DNA of 64,000 nucleotides from Balanoglossus misakiensis (taxonomy: Eukaryota > Animalia > Hemichordata), in contig CM082584.2 of NCBI GenBank assembly GCA_040954595.2, positions 3,476,110-3,540,109 of the forward strand, read 5' to 3'. This document shows, piece by piece, positions 14,778 through 27,507 of the stretch (its first letter is position 1; the number at the start of each line of letters is the position of its first letter). A program made the translations under genes and the position numbers. A model generated the notes under the pieces. It was not told the DNA's origin. It ran no database searches and saw only the letters and a list, made by a program, of their open reading frames with translations.

Positions 14778-15281
14778 AGGCACGTAAGCTGTAACTTTTG
14801 GGATAATTTTCATAATTTTTGTTTCACACTGCACTACCATTAGTCCATGCAGATGAAGGCAGTGAACTATACACAAGCATTATAAACCCTAAATATCAGT
14901 GCATATGCAAGTTTTAACCAGATAAATAATAAAGCTTTGCCGCAAGCGATTATGGCCGCCACCGTGGGAAAATGCAAGAAACAATGAAAATGTTGCATTT
15001 CAGGTTATGAAACTTCATAAACAATACATGATCTCATCCACTTGAGCTCATGGAAGTAAATGTACACCACTGAGACATCAGATTTTCATTTTTCATTGCA
15101 ATATAGCACTTTTTTTAAAAATTTCAGGAATTTTCGTTTTTCTTTAATTTTGGCCATTTTGTCATAAATAAGTGTTGAGCTTGATATATTATCATGAAAT
15201 AGCATTTAATAGATATAATTAAAAGCATATATGAGATTATTTAAAACATTTATTTTTTATCCAGTTGCAGCGTACGTGCCT
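14778..15281. mobile_element. MITE with TTAA TSD and AGG...CCT termini (Kolobok-like)
   Basis: TTAA|AGGCACGTAAGCTGTAACT ... AGTTGCAGCGTACGTGCCT|TTAA; 19-bp TIR with 2 mismatches. Confidence 0.85.
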
Positions 15282-15299
15282 TTAAGTTGTTAAAGTTGA

Positions 15300-16050
15300 T
15301 AAGTTGTTGTAAGATACTCATTTCCCGTTATCTCCTTCACCTCCATGAATGTTTATCATTCGATTTCCAACTTTACAACAAACGAAACAAAATAAACAGC
15401 CTGGATGAATCTTGACTGGCGTACGGACATTGGAGGCATCCATCTTGTTTATGATCACGTGGTCTTCCCAGGTTTCTGGGTATGCAATCTGATTCCAACT
15501 GTGTGAGTCTTTCGTTCAATTCTTGATTCCCCTTCGTTAATTTCGTGTTATTATTTTCGAGTAGAGTTATCTGGGTTTTAAACTGTTCAAACATTGAGTT
15601 CATAAAGTCGACGGAGATTTTTTACCGCTTCTGTATTTTCTTCGACATGCTGGATTTTTTCAGACATATTTTCAAGTTTCTGCAGTCTTGTGCTGATTTA
15701 GCTCAGTTGAGCAAATATGTCCGAGGATGTCACAGTGTGTGGGAGGTCTGGTAACGGACGTGATGCTTCACCAACAGTATCCGTTGCAACAGGTGGTGCA
15801 ATGTTCTGCGCGGTCGCCATTAGATGAACCACTTACTTGCCGGTGATCTTCTGAAGTCGGAAACCGCTTCTTCTTACAACATTTACACAGCATCAGGTCT
15901 CCTTGACACAGCGTTACAACCCTGATGACATTACAGTCCTCACACCTTGGTTTAGACATAGTTATGGTCTTACTTGCAGTGAAAATAAAAAAACTTTTGC
16001 TGGAGCCGATGTGAACGCATTGTCTCATCGGAAGCGCCCTCAACATTTTT
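15300..16050 (-). mobile_element. Probable CR1-type LINE ORF1 remnant (Cys-rich N-terminus plus coiled coil)
   Basis: MSKPRCEDCNV...LCQGDLMLCKCCKKKRFP followed by heptad-like QITLLENNNTKLTKGNQELNERLTQLE. Same strand as, and upstream of, the ORF2 fragment. Confidence 0.6.
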
Positions 16051-16315
16051 TCACTTTACCGGACCTTTACTTATCTGGCCCCACATGGCACTAAACTCGG
16101 CCCGTCCGTTTGTTTCTGCGATCACGTTACCTGTTTAATAAACTAGCCATAGCCATAAATTATCTTATCCCGAGTATTTTGTGTGCTAGCTGCCAAAGCC
16201 AGACACTTTCGCTATACTACTACTAGCATACTGGTTTAGAGACAAGTCCAGTCGGTTGTTTGAATTGCGATTATTTTAGGGGGGAGGGGGTGTACAAAAC
16301 GACAGAATTTTCATA

Positions 16316-19300
16316 GAAAAACTACTGGAGAAACAATTCAATGAACCTATGTTCATTAGTGCTTGTACGATGCGCCGGGCCGTGTGTGTTTACAAGCTGG
16401 TGACAGGGTTTTCCTGATTGACACCAAGATGTTTCCGCCGTGGTGTATGCAGTCTCACTTCATAATGACATGAGTTGAGACACGGGACGACAATACGTAG
16501 CGATAGGCACAAATTTCAATTGCCTGTAAGAGCGAAATTTATTTTCCTTTATCAATGTAATCCTATTAAGCGATATCAAATGATGTCAGACGCGCTCAGG
16601 CGCAGTTACGTCGGCATTCAAATTTCCAGATGGCCGGCAACTTCAACTACGTGGTGCAGACAAAGACTGCGCAGACGAAACGCCATGAGGCTGATGAGGC
16701 AACATACTTGATACATGTTACTTGTCTGGTGGTTCTAAATTAAGAACATACTCGGAAAACATTAACTGGATGCCGAAATATTTCTTGCCCGTCACCTGGA
16801 AATTACAACGCCGTGGGACATATGGCCAGATCACGTGATTGATAGTAAAGAGGAAAAGACGAGTGCGCGCAGTTTTCCGGTTTATGTTCTGCGCGTACAT
16901 CCTTAAAGCTAATATGTACCACGGAGACAGTTTATCAAAAAATGATAGCCCTCCAAACCTCTATTCTTTGCTATATTAAGCTATATAGGGTAGTCTTTTG
17001 CAAACAAAGAACACTAGGGGTTCACTATCTTTTTTTCAATGCTTAAAATTTTCTCCATAGACTTACCAGACATAGAATGGCGGTCACTTAAAAATTTCGA
17101 ATTGGAGACAATTTATCAACATTTGAAGACCAACAATATTTCTCCGTTGCATGTGTTATTCAACAACAAATACCTAGTATAGTAAATCTTTATTCACCCT
17201 AAAAGAAAAGTGACTGAAGAGTGAATTATGACCCCTGTCCACCCGAACCATGATGAATGGAGGGCATCGCCTCTAAACAAAAGGACTATACATGTAAAGA
17301 GTTGCCATTATAATGGTAGCTACGTGAGATGCCATGAGGTGACCTTGTCCGTGGTTTGCTGGGCCAAAGGTTCATTGTCTTTATGAAAATTAACCATTTC
17401 ATTGCCACTTTCGCTGTTCTGAAAACCTCCAGTGTGAAACCGCTATGCGTTGTCACTGCAAACATGTAGTCAAGTAAAAAGTTGCAAATATGCATAGCGT
17501 CTTCACGCTTCACCCAGACACACAGTCCCTCAAGAAAGGGACCACTGTGACCCAGACTGAAATGCACCATTGTATATCACGCTCACCCTACTGTTGAAGT
17601 TTTCTTCGGGGAAGGCTGGGCGAGGGGTGCAGTAAATGAAAGCAGATTGTTTCTTTTACTTCTGCGGTGTCAAATTTAGGTATTTCAATTTAAATGATAT
17701 TGATTGCTGTCGGTAACATTTAACACGTGAAATCGTTCAATCCTACGAATGTATTGTCTGTACACTATAGCCATGGGATGCGGCCCTCTTCACCGTATAA
17801 TGGTACAGTCCAAGGTGGACAGACAAGTGAACCAGTGCATGGCGTCAATGCGAGTGACCTTCTTTGATTGTTTCCAGACGGTGGCTGGAGGTGTGAGCGA
17901 CCTTGTCGTACAGAAGTTGCGTCCTTTAGCAAGGGACCTGGGGTACAGATATTCAGTAAAATTATAGTCCTCCAAACCTTCCAATTCGTTGCTATAGTAA
18001 AGCGTGTCGGGAGTCTTTAAAAAACAAAGAAGAATACTGGGTGTTCACCATCTTTTTTTTCATAAAAATGGCTTCTTTCTTTCTATTTTCTCCATTGACT
18101 TACTACAGAGATTGGTGGCCATTTTGAATTTCGAATAGGAGACAATTTTTCTGTCTCATTCAGAACTTTGCACGGTGACCCTCCCCCCCCCCCCCCCCCG
18201 TTTTTATTCTCAATTTTAAGACAGAATAATCTATAGTTGACTTGAGCGAAACATGATAAAAATGTAATATTAATTTTTGAGGTGTATACTACCTTGACGT
18301 TTCATTGCTTCTCCCCACTCAGGAGTAATGAGTACCTTGTAGGAATGATATTGCAATGTGTGGGACTTACATGTAGCTCTGCGTCGCTGATTGAAAGGGT
18401 GACGATTATCTAATACGCATGTACCAAACCAGAACTTCGAAATGGATGTTGAAAACGGTATTACTTAGTGCTTAGTACATTTGTCTGTAACGAGACTTAT
18501 GACATTTGAGCGATTGAATTTTTTCAAAATTTCAAACTCCGGAGGCATGGTGTTTTTTGAGGTGACATTGTAGATCAAATTTTCATAGTAGTGATGATAC
18601 AACTTGCGCCCTCTCGAGTCCTCAGAAAAGGGCCAAAATCCATAGAGAGTCAGTTTCTCGCAGAAAAGCGTCGACATGGTAAACAGTGTAAAACCCTCGC
18701 TGTTTTTTATTTTGTTCCATATTCTGAAAAATATAACGAATAATTTTACGTTGGTATCTTAGGATGCGACATTTCCTGTTTCTTCGTCATTAAATTAATG
18801 TTTGAATTCTCTGTTTAGTTGTCATAATTTGGCCTTTCATTTTCATTGGGCGATCCTACGTACTACAATTTATCGTGTGGTTGTGATTCATTTTGTGTGT
18901 CTATGTGTCATTCTGTCTCTGTTTGTTTGTTTGTCTCTTTGTCATGTTTGGTTTGTTTCTTTGTTTGTTTGTATTTGTATGTATGTGTTTCATTTAAAGT
19001 CTTGAAATAGAAGTCACGCACCTGTTCATTACGTCCGGCCATATAGGTACCGGAGAATATGCAACGATGTAGTCCATGGCTTTCAACCCTAACTTCGTTT
19101 GTCTCAATACGTCTTGCATCATAACGGTTGATTCGTTCAGTTTACCTTTCCATCCTGACAACTTATAGGGAAACCAAACGGTTGAGTTGTGTAAGTTGGC
19201 AAGCCTCTGCAAGATATCTGGCAAATTCTGTTTTTGCTTTCCTTTTGATCTTGTCGTTTGGCTGACGGCTTTATACAAATCGATGCCTACATATTGGTTG

Positions 19301-20445
19301 AAAGCTTGTAAGTCAGTTTTCGTTCCAACATCCTTTTCAAATCCAAGTAATTTAGGTAAATTTACTCTCATCACAAAATCATGACTGTCAATCTCACGTC
19401 CACATTCGCTGTCTTTGAGAATACCACCGTTTCCCACTAATGCGCATGACTGATGTTGTTTCATGGAGGAGAATAGGATATCATAGAGTATCCGGGCGCT
19501 ACTAGAAAGAGGGGCATCCGGTTCTGTGGTATCCTGGGGGAATCCTTTGTTCAGAACTAAATCCAAGGCAGCATTGGAGCGAAATTTTGCAAACGAGTTT
19601 TCCAGTGTTGCCCTTTTAGAGATGATGTTCCTAGACAGAAAACATGAAAGCAAGAAATGTATAAAGAAATTAAGTGACTGAAAATAAATAAAAAAGTGAA
19701 AAATAAAAATAATTAATTAATTGATTAGTTTTCCTGCAATTTATACCAACTGCACTACGCGTGGCAGATTCATAGAACATGGGAAATGGAATTAGTGAGT
19801 GAGTGAGTGAGTGAGTGACTGAGATGGTTAGCGAGTTAGTCCACTCAGTTTGTACCTTCGTTCGTTCGTTTGTTAGTTAGATAAAGGGACAAAGTCTCTC
19901 TCTCGGTGCCTTTCTTCCATTACTTTGTTCGATACAAGACACCGTTTATGTGTATATATAGTGAACCAACGTTCGACCACGCACAACTTTCATCCCGTTT
20001 GTAGGATATGAGAGTAATAATCTTGCCAATATGAATAAAAGATAAACACCGATTTTACATTTTGACGAGTTTTGTCCCTTTAAGTAGTTAAGTCGGTAGG
20101 TGGGTAGGTAGGTAGGTCGGACTCGGTCCATCCGCAAGAGACTTACTTTAGCTCGACCAAGCTCCTTGCATTCCTTGGGTCTTCTGGTAGATATGCAACC
20201 TCTGAATGTGTTTGAGTACTATTTGGTTCAGGTGAGCTATGAACATCAGAAGAAAACATTTTTCATTCACATGTAAAGTTATGTAAATACCGTGTGTGAT
20301 GTCACAACCGTGAACTATCAACATCAGCAGACAATTTTTTTCGTATGCAAATGTATGTAAATAACGTCTTCAGCTGAATATTTATGTACTGGAAAGTAGA
20401 AACGAGCGATAAGTTTCTTGAAAAACGCCCTCCTGTGGCCAGTTG
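16316..20445 (-). repeat. Inverted copy of the duplicated unit (probable ancestral arrangement)
   Basis: Reverse complement matches 2952-6117 followed directly, at a shared TTAA, by 9781-10521. Confidence 0.9.
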
Positions 20446-20992
20446 ATTACATTTTGATGGTCAACTGCATGTTTCGCAGTCAACTGTGGGATTCAGTGGT
20501 CGATAGTTTTTTTTTCTGCTGGGTCAACTGTTTTTTGGTGATCAACAGGCTATTTTCCATTCTCCACATCGATTCATATATAATCCCTGAAATTTATTTT
20601 CCAATAATATAAAATGCGTGATAGTAAAAAAGACACTGAATATACCCTTATCATTATTCTAGCGCCCTCACAAAGCCATTATGAATTTGAACTCAAGGCG
20701 AGGTCAATGGGGAAAGTTGACCAATCGCATTAAGGGGATTTCCCATTGACCTTCCTTTTAGTTCAAATGCATGATGGCTGTGCGAGAGCGGTAGACTTAT
20801 GACAAGGGTGTATTACCTCGCAGTGTAAAATTAACAAACTCACCTTGAAATCTGAGCTTGTAGGTCCATATAACTCATGGGTTTTAATTGTGTTAGACTT
20901 AGCTGGCCTTTGTACTCAATCAGAACAAAAATAATCACCATTATGGCGACCAATAAAACTATCACCTTCTTGGCAGATGTCAACTCCATCAT
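18465..20992 (-). CDS. Alpha-2,8-sialyltransferase-like (GT29, ST8Sia family) type II membrane protein, ~368 aa; exons 20992-20844, 20236-20147, 19630-19022, 18723-18465
   Basis: All introns are GT-AG and phase 2, and the 1107-nt spliced CDS is open. N-terminal signal anchor [18 protein letters not shown]. Motif [33 protein letters not shown]...DVGTKT, motif [26 protein letters not shown], motif III HHYYEN, ST8-type C-terminal Cys (LVTDKC). Motif VS reads NTMPPEF instead of HxxxxE. Confidence 0.88.
19885..20079. mobile_element. Intronic TTAA-type MITE of the AGGGACAAAGTCTCTCTC family
   Basis: ATAA|AGGGACAAAG ... GTTTTGTCCCT|TTAA. Relatives at 57657-57989 and ~25570-25780; one-ended fragments at ~905-980, ~3145-3260, ~6630-6706 and ~10710-10828. 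Confidence 0.7.
20640..20814. repeat. Imperfect palindrome / small MITE in intron 1 of the sialyltransferase
   Basis: ATACCCTTATCAT...GGTCAATGGGGAAA pairs with TTTCCCATTGACC...ATGACAAGGGTGTAT. Confidence 0.6.
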
Positions 20993-21439
20993 TTCCAAAT
21001 GCACATGTTAGTCCTGTAAAAATATTTTCTTCAATGATGAAAACCTATATATAATGCTCACCAACGCCTGGATTATTTTACAGTAATAAGATTGAAGGCG
21101 TTTCCTTTTAACATATGTGCATATGCGATGACACTACTATCCCTGTCAAACAGTCAAAATTAAATTAAATAATATGACAGACCTTCAGGACCTCTCCGCG
21201 CGATCTGTGTGGTACAGAAGTTGTTTTCTCGGGTGATGGGGTGTATTCTGCCGCTGTATCACCGCATCATAACTTCTTAATCTTAAATATTTTCTGTATT
21301 GTAATTGGTATAGTTGAATTTGTACAAGTGACAAAGTTACATGTTATAGAGAATTTCAAACGTTACTTGTAACAGAAAAATACTTTATAGTTGTTAAGGT
21401 CTATAAACATATTAAAATGTTGGCACGATGAAGGTGCCA

Positions 21440-21830
21440 TCTCATTCACCAAAATAGAAACTGATAGAAAGTTCAACATTGACTGAATGGACAGACTTTG
21501 TGTATTGTGTGAACGAAATGAGGTTGAAAATGAGTATCACTTTGTACTAATTTGTCCCTTCTTTGATGCTCTAAGAAACAATTATTTACCAGTTTTTTAT
21601 TTCACACCATCATCTGAGAGGGAATTTGTTTATTTGATGTCGTCAAATAATATTGATTTGTTAAGAGATTGGCAGCTTTTACATTTCATGTAATGATATG
21701 CATAATATATATTGAAAATGTACAATAATGTTCCAATATTGGTTTTTGTCATATATCTTCCTGTCATATAAAGATGTAGTGAAATTGTTATTGTATATTG
21801 GGCCAGCGGCCTGAAATTACTGAATAAAGA
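21440..21830 (+). mobile_element. Short LINE 3' fragment (CCHC knuckle)
   Basis: DRLCVLCERNEVENEYHFVLICPFFDALRNNYLP, followed by AATAAA at ~21823. Confidence 0.7.
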
Positions 21831-22179
21831 CCAACTTCTGAGAGATGTTCGTAATCTTCTAGGTTCCAAAACATACTGACAACTTAATGTTTTGTTATTC
21901 TGAAAACAGTTTGAAATGATAAGACAATGACGTCCCAGAATGTTGAAAATTCCCCACGTTTCGGCGATCATAACCCAGCTTTGGCGATGGCGTTCAATGT
22001 TTACAAACAGAACGAGTCCGGTTTGTTTTTTACTAATTGGCATATGGGTTGTAAAATACCACTTTGTCGCGCGCACAACTAAAACACCAATCGCCTTTTT
22101 GCGACTAAATAAAAATATTTTAATAATCTGGAGGTTTATATGAACTACAAATGTTTATGTCACAGCACGGGGAATAAAC

Positions 22180-22355
22180 ATTACAGAAATAATGGACGAC
22201 GCCCTGACCATTAACGATGGTTTATGGGCGAGGGCGAGGAGTAAGCAACAACAATTCATTGGCGAGGCTTCCGAGCCCATGAATTTTGGCTTTCCTCGAG
22301 CCCGAGCCCATAAACGAACGTTAATGGTCAGGGCGGAGTCGGTTATTTCCATTAT
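22180..22355. repeat. Hairpin / palindromic dispersed repeat
   Basis: CGCCCTGACCATTAACG..TTTATGGGC pairs with GCCCATAAA..CGTTAATGGTCAGGGCG. Confidence 0.7.
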
Positions 22356-23694
22356 ATTACCAACCAACTCCGTCAAAATTTACATAAATGTCCCACGCAA
22401 AAGACTAGGGGCCCGGAACTTGTGTTACGCAAAATGTTGGATTCACTGAACTAGTTGTTAATATTATTATTCAGATTTACGGGCATGTAAACAAACCATT
22501 ACTGAGTATTTGTGGTCAATGACGTCGTTCATCTCGACCAATTAAAATGCGACGCACAAGCCATGCTAATATAATGAAAGATACGATCGATTGAGCAGGA
22601 AATGGGAGATCTTATTATTCTGGATGCTCATTTGCATATGAGCTTGCAAAAATACCAGAATTATTATTGAAAGGACCACTTGGAAAACAGGATTACATAT
22701 GCAATACTGCATTGGATTAAGAGATTTGAACCAGTTGTTACACACAGAAAAATACAAAAAGCAGACGAGCTTTGGGTACAATTCGCGACATATGGGCCCC
22801 TGTTGGTATTAATACAGTTCTTCGTCTTCTTCTTCCTAACAATTCTTTGTCGCTCTAGATTTCAAAATACCGCCGTACCTAAAGTTTAAGTCCGCTGCAT
22901 CCAGAAGTTCAGCCTACTACTAGCCTCGGGAGCCCCGGTCGAGGACATCTGTCGTCCGCTAAGACAATGTTACGTATGGCTGAGCATATAAAAACTATGT
23001 TATAACTAAAAAAAAATTATTGTTGCCATACACGATTTGTATAAAAGAATGAATTTATATCTCGGCTATGATATACTTTGATTGGCGAACTGACTGACTA
23101 TATCGACTGGACTGGATCCTGATGATGACGATATTATGCGCTTCTCAAATTGGTGCCAGTATATACTAGGCTAACGAAACTGTCCTACCTCTAGGTAACT
23201 AGACCTTATATAAAGAAGGGCTTTTCATCTGCTTACCAGATAGATGTCGACTTCCGTTCGTTTTAACCAGGTTGGTCCTGCGTGTGCTTCAAATCACAAT
23301 AGGGGAAGTTTTATGGGTTTGTTGGTTTCTGGAGGGAAGTTATCCTACAAGCAATCACTGAGTAATTTCCAACAGAGGCGTTGTAGACCTCACTATACAC
23401 TATGTTTGGCACCGGCTATGCGCACGCGTACTTCACCAAGAAGCAACATTCGTTTAGTTCACAATTTTAGCTCCGTGTGGTTCACACAGCACAGGTAGAT
23501 TGTGGAGGGTAGTCAATTCCCATAATTGGAAGGGGTATTTTATACAGTTTTTTTATTCTGTGCGGATGTTTCCAATTTTAATTTTAGTGCTGGGCTTCTT
23601 CTCATTGATTTGGTCAAATTACTAAACCATTCAGTGAATTAGTAGGGGTATCAATAAATCAATTAACCAACCAGGCAGGCAGCCAGGCAGCCAG

Positions 23695-23830
23695 TCATTC
23701 ATTCATTCATTCATTCATTCATTCATTCATTCATTCAGTCAGTCAGTCAGTCAGTCAGTCAGTCAGTCAGTCAGTCAGTCAGTCAGTCAATTAATCAATC
23801 AATCGATCGATCACTCACTCAATCAATCAA
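23695..23830. repeat. Compound tetranucleotide microsatellite (CATT)n(CAGT)n(CAAT)n
   Basis: Directly visible. Confidence 0.95.
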
Positions 23831-26639
23831 AAATTTTATGTAGCGCCAAAATCAATAAGTTCTGTTCAGTGGCGCCCGGTGGTTGTTCACACACCGTAGG
23901 CTTTTAGGGTATAGGCCTTTTTCATAAAGAAGGCGCCCTTCAAAAACAATGCGTCATCTCCAAGTAAATGGCGCGAATACAGGTCACAGAGTGTTGTTCT
24001 AGTCTGTATCCTTGTCCCATTCCCACCGCTGGCTGCGCTACGCTAAAGGGAAAGAGTCAAGGGATGGCTGTTGTTAATATGGCTCCCATTGGTCAATTGA
24101 AACGAACATTGTGATTGGCGGAAAGCTATTTCCAACAAAAGGGTCAGGTGATGGCTGTTGTTAATATGGCTCTCATTGGTCAATTGAAACGAGCATTGTG
24201 ATTGGACGTAAGCTATTTCAAACATGTCAACCCCCAAGTTAGTATTTGCTTGCCAAACAAAACGTGCCTTGGCGTTGTTAAATGAGAGCACTCCTCATCG
24301 AAAACATGTGGTTACAAGCCAAAGCATCGTTGTATGTAGGGAATGCAGCTCCCTCATCGTCAATCCCAGTCTCATTTAAATTCCAACAAAACAAGTGTTA
24401 TTGTACACAGAAACTCGCCGATTCTGGGCCCCTGTATTTTTGGTAATAAGAACAAGGGAGTTTCAAAACTGCAGTAAACACACAAAACAAAATCGGTGAA
24501 AACTTGGCAAAATGTACAGCAAATGGGCCCTCAATTTTAAATATTAATATTAGTTGATTAAACAAAACCCACCAAACTGACTTGCGTCTAGTCAATTATA
24601 GACAGTTTAAACCAGCATTGTTTATTGCGTGGTATCAAAAGCACCGAGTGTTTAGTTTTATAGACTTAATTTTATGTTTTCTGGGTGACACAATACGTCT
24701 GAATATACAGCAAAAGCCACACCAAGCGGCCTGGAAATTTTATTGACAGCAAATTATAGTTATGTTAGCTTACACACGTACAGAACATACACATTTAAAT
24801 ACATGTATCATCCTCTAATCCTGACGTGTCCCCAATCTTTCCTTCATTATCGGTAAAATCGGTTTGGATTCCACATTTTCCACACACTGTGTTATTTGCT
24901 GATAAAATCATATGCAAGTAATATGGATAAATGGTGAGGATTTTAAAGGATAGGGAATATATTTGAAGTATTTTAATGTGGAAAAAAATATGTGAACTTT
25001 GGCAGCTATAGGGGCTTTAATAGCGCCCATTTACTCAAACAGTTATTTGTAATACACATAGAAGTAAAAAAGTACCCGGAGAATTACCAGACTAACAGTA
25101 AATTTAGTAACTTTTGCGCCCGGACTGACATCGTAAAACATATTTAAGGGGAAGAGTTAAGCAACATTTCATGCTGATCTGTATTCCTAATCGGTTAACG
25201 GAACATTTCGCTGTAAGTACACAACTTCTTTATTTCAATTGTCTGCACATACTCAGACAGTCTGTCATTGTGTTCACTGGTAGAAAGGACTTCAAGCATC
25301 AAAGTCCGAAACTTTGTCTCGTCTTATGCTCAAAGGTATTCTTAGATTTTTCTCTCTGAAAACTGATAACAAAAAATTAGTTATTACAAAATTCTAATGA
25401 GAGAGCAAAACTCTCTCAATTCTGCATTTAACATGACCACCAAGCCTATGGAGTCGTTGTGTGCTGTATCATTTTGTGAGTTTGTCTTTGCAACTGGCCA
25501 TGTAAATACTGTGTATTTCACCGATGAACTTTAGAATATTGATGGATACGATCAAAATAATTAGTATAAAGGGACAGAGTCTCTCTCTCGCTGCCCTTTC
25601 CCATTAATTACGATTGCTACAAGACACCGTTTATGTTATTCTACATCTGGGTATATGGTGAATCAACGTTCGACCACACACAACTTCCATCCTGTTTGTA
25701 TGATATGACAATAAGCATCTCGCCACAATGAAAAAAAACCCGGTAAGAACCGATTGTTCATTTTGGTGAGTTTTTCACTGTGCTGTTTGGTTGTCACGCA
25801 GGTGTACAAGGAACCGTGACAGACAAGATTTGAATATATTTGGTTACCATGATGTCTGGTATGGTTGGCTTGATTCTTGTGACAGTAGTCGCTTGTGTTT
25901 CAGCACAAGGTAATTAAAAATGTCAATCGCTTTATAGTGTTATTAATTTTCAAAGGTATTTGTGGGGCTTGTTTCTTACACTCAAACAGCTAGAACAGCA
26001 AATTGTAGACTATTTACATGTATAACATGGTAAGTATTGAGCAGTTCAATTGGCCACTTTCATGACCCCTACACGACCTTACATCATCGAACCTTTTTTG
26101 ATACGCTCGGTTGAATAGAACCTCAACAAACTACACGATTCCAGTTGTGGTCGATAACATGTACTGAATTACAAAAATGGGACTTTTCAAATGATATTTA
26201 AGATGTTTCTTGTCCCCAGATGTTGAATTTTGACAACGCAGTACAAACTACAAATACACGGATGTCACATATGGGCATAAGGGATTGAGAAGATTGCAGC
26301 ATTTCACCAATTTAAAATATGCTAAAAGTGGCAGCTATTTGGGCTGTAACCACCGTGAGTCAGGTTGGACTTCAAAGAATGGAAGTGAAAGAGACATGCA
26401 TTGTTCTGTTTTTTTATTTCTTGCCCATCATAATCTATTCTCTGATGATTTTGTGTCTTTTAGCGCCAGAAAGCACGCTGGAGTTTCTGACCGACAATCA
26501 TGACGTGGCTGTACAAACCACCGTCCCTGACATGACCGATGCAACCGTGTGTCTCTGGGTGAAATTTGCCGAAGCGGGGCAAGCGGCCACATTTGTCTCC
26601 TACTGTATTTCAAGCAGCGCATGTGATGAGTACGAAATA

Positions 26640-26847
26640 CTGTAAAACGGGTTATTTTCGTGACAGGAAATTTTCGCGATCTCAGAAGAGGCAACTGTTA
26701 CGCGAGTATTCATTTTTGCGTTCTCGTACTTCACTAACTGCATCGTTATCTCCGAAAACATTTTACGCGACTTTTTATTTTCACGTTTTTTTGGCTCTCG
26801 CGTATTTCGCGAAAATTTATTGCTCGCGAAAATAACCCGTTTTACAG
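26640..26847. mobile_element. 208-bp MITE with TA TSD (Tc1/mariner-type target) inside the pentraxin exon
   Basis: TA|CTGTAAAACGGGTTATTTTCG ... CGAAAATAACCCGTTTTACAG|TA; perfect 21-bp TIR. Confidence 0.9.
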
Positions 26848-27440
26848 TAGGTCAAATGAGCACTCAGGTATACTTGAAGGTCAAAGGTTAGAAAGTGGGG
26901 GGAAGGTTTAATTTTCAGTGAAGGACGGTACTTGGCACCACTTGTGTATCACGTGGGAATCACGCAGAGGGTACTGGCAATTTTATGATAATGGAGTCGT
27001 GCAGAAACAAGGGGACATGATGGCCAGAGGGAAAACTGTTCTTGGCGGCGGGTCCTTGGTGCTGGGGCAAAACCAGGGTGACGTCAGAAGTCAATACGAC
27101 CCTGCAACAGCCTTCATTGGGACAATGAGTGGTTTCAATCTGTGGTCCAGGGTACTCTCCGCAGAGGAAATTGCTGAGTTGACCACGTGCTGCTGCGCTG
27201 CGGGCGATGTGTTCACCTGGGATGTATTCGACCTGTCTGTCGCCCCCAGCGTCGATTTTGATCGAGAAGAAATATGCACTGTAAGTTGAATTTACTCTTA
27301 TATAAATGGTGTCTTTACAACTTTGGACTTAAACTCTGATCTTCAACTAACACTGATGTAGGCCTTAAGTCAATTTAAGTTTTTATGTCAGATCGATCGA
27401 AGCTAAGTCCATGAAGGAAAGATATATGAACCTCTGTATG

Positions 27441-27449
27441 CAATCAATT

Positions 27450-27507
<58 letters not shown>
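27441..27507. repeat. (CAAT)n microsatellite
   Basis: Directly visible. Confidence 0.95.
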
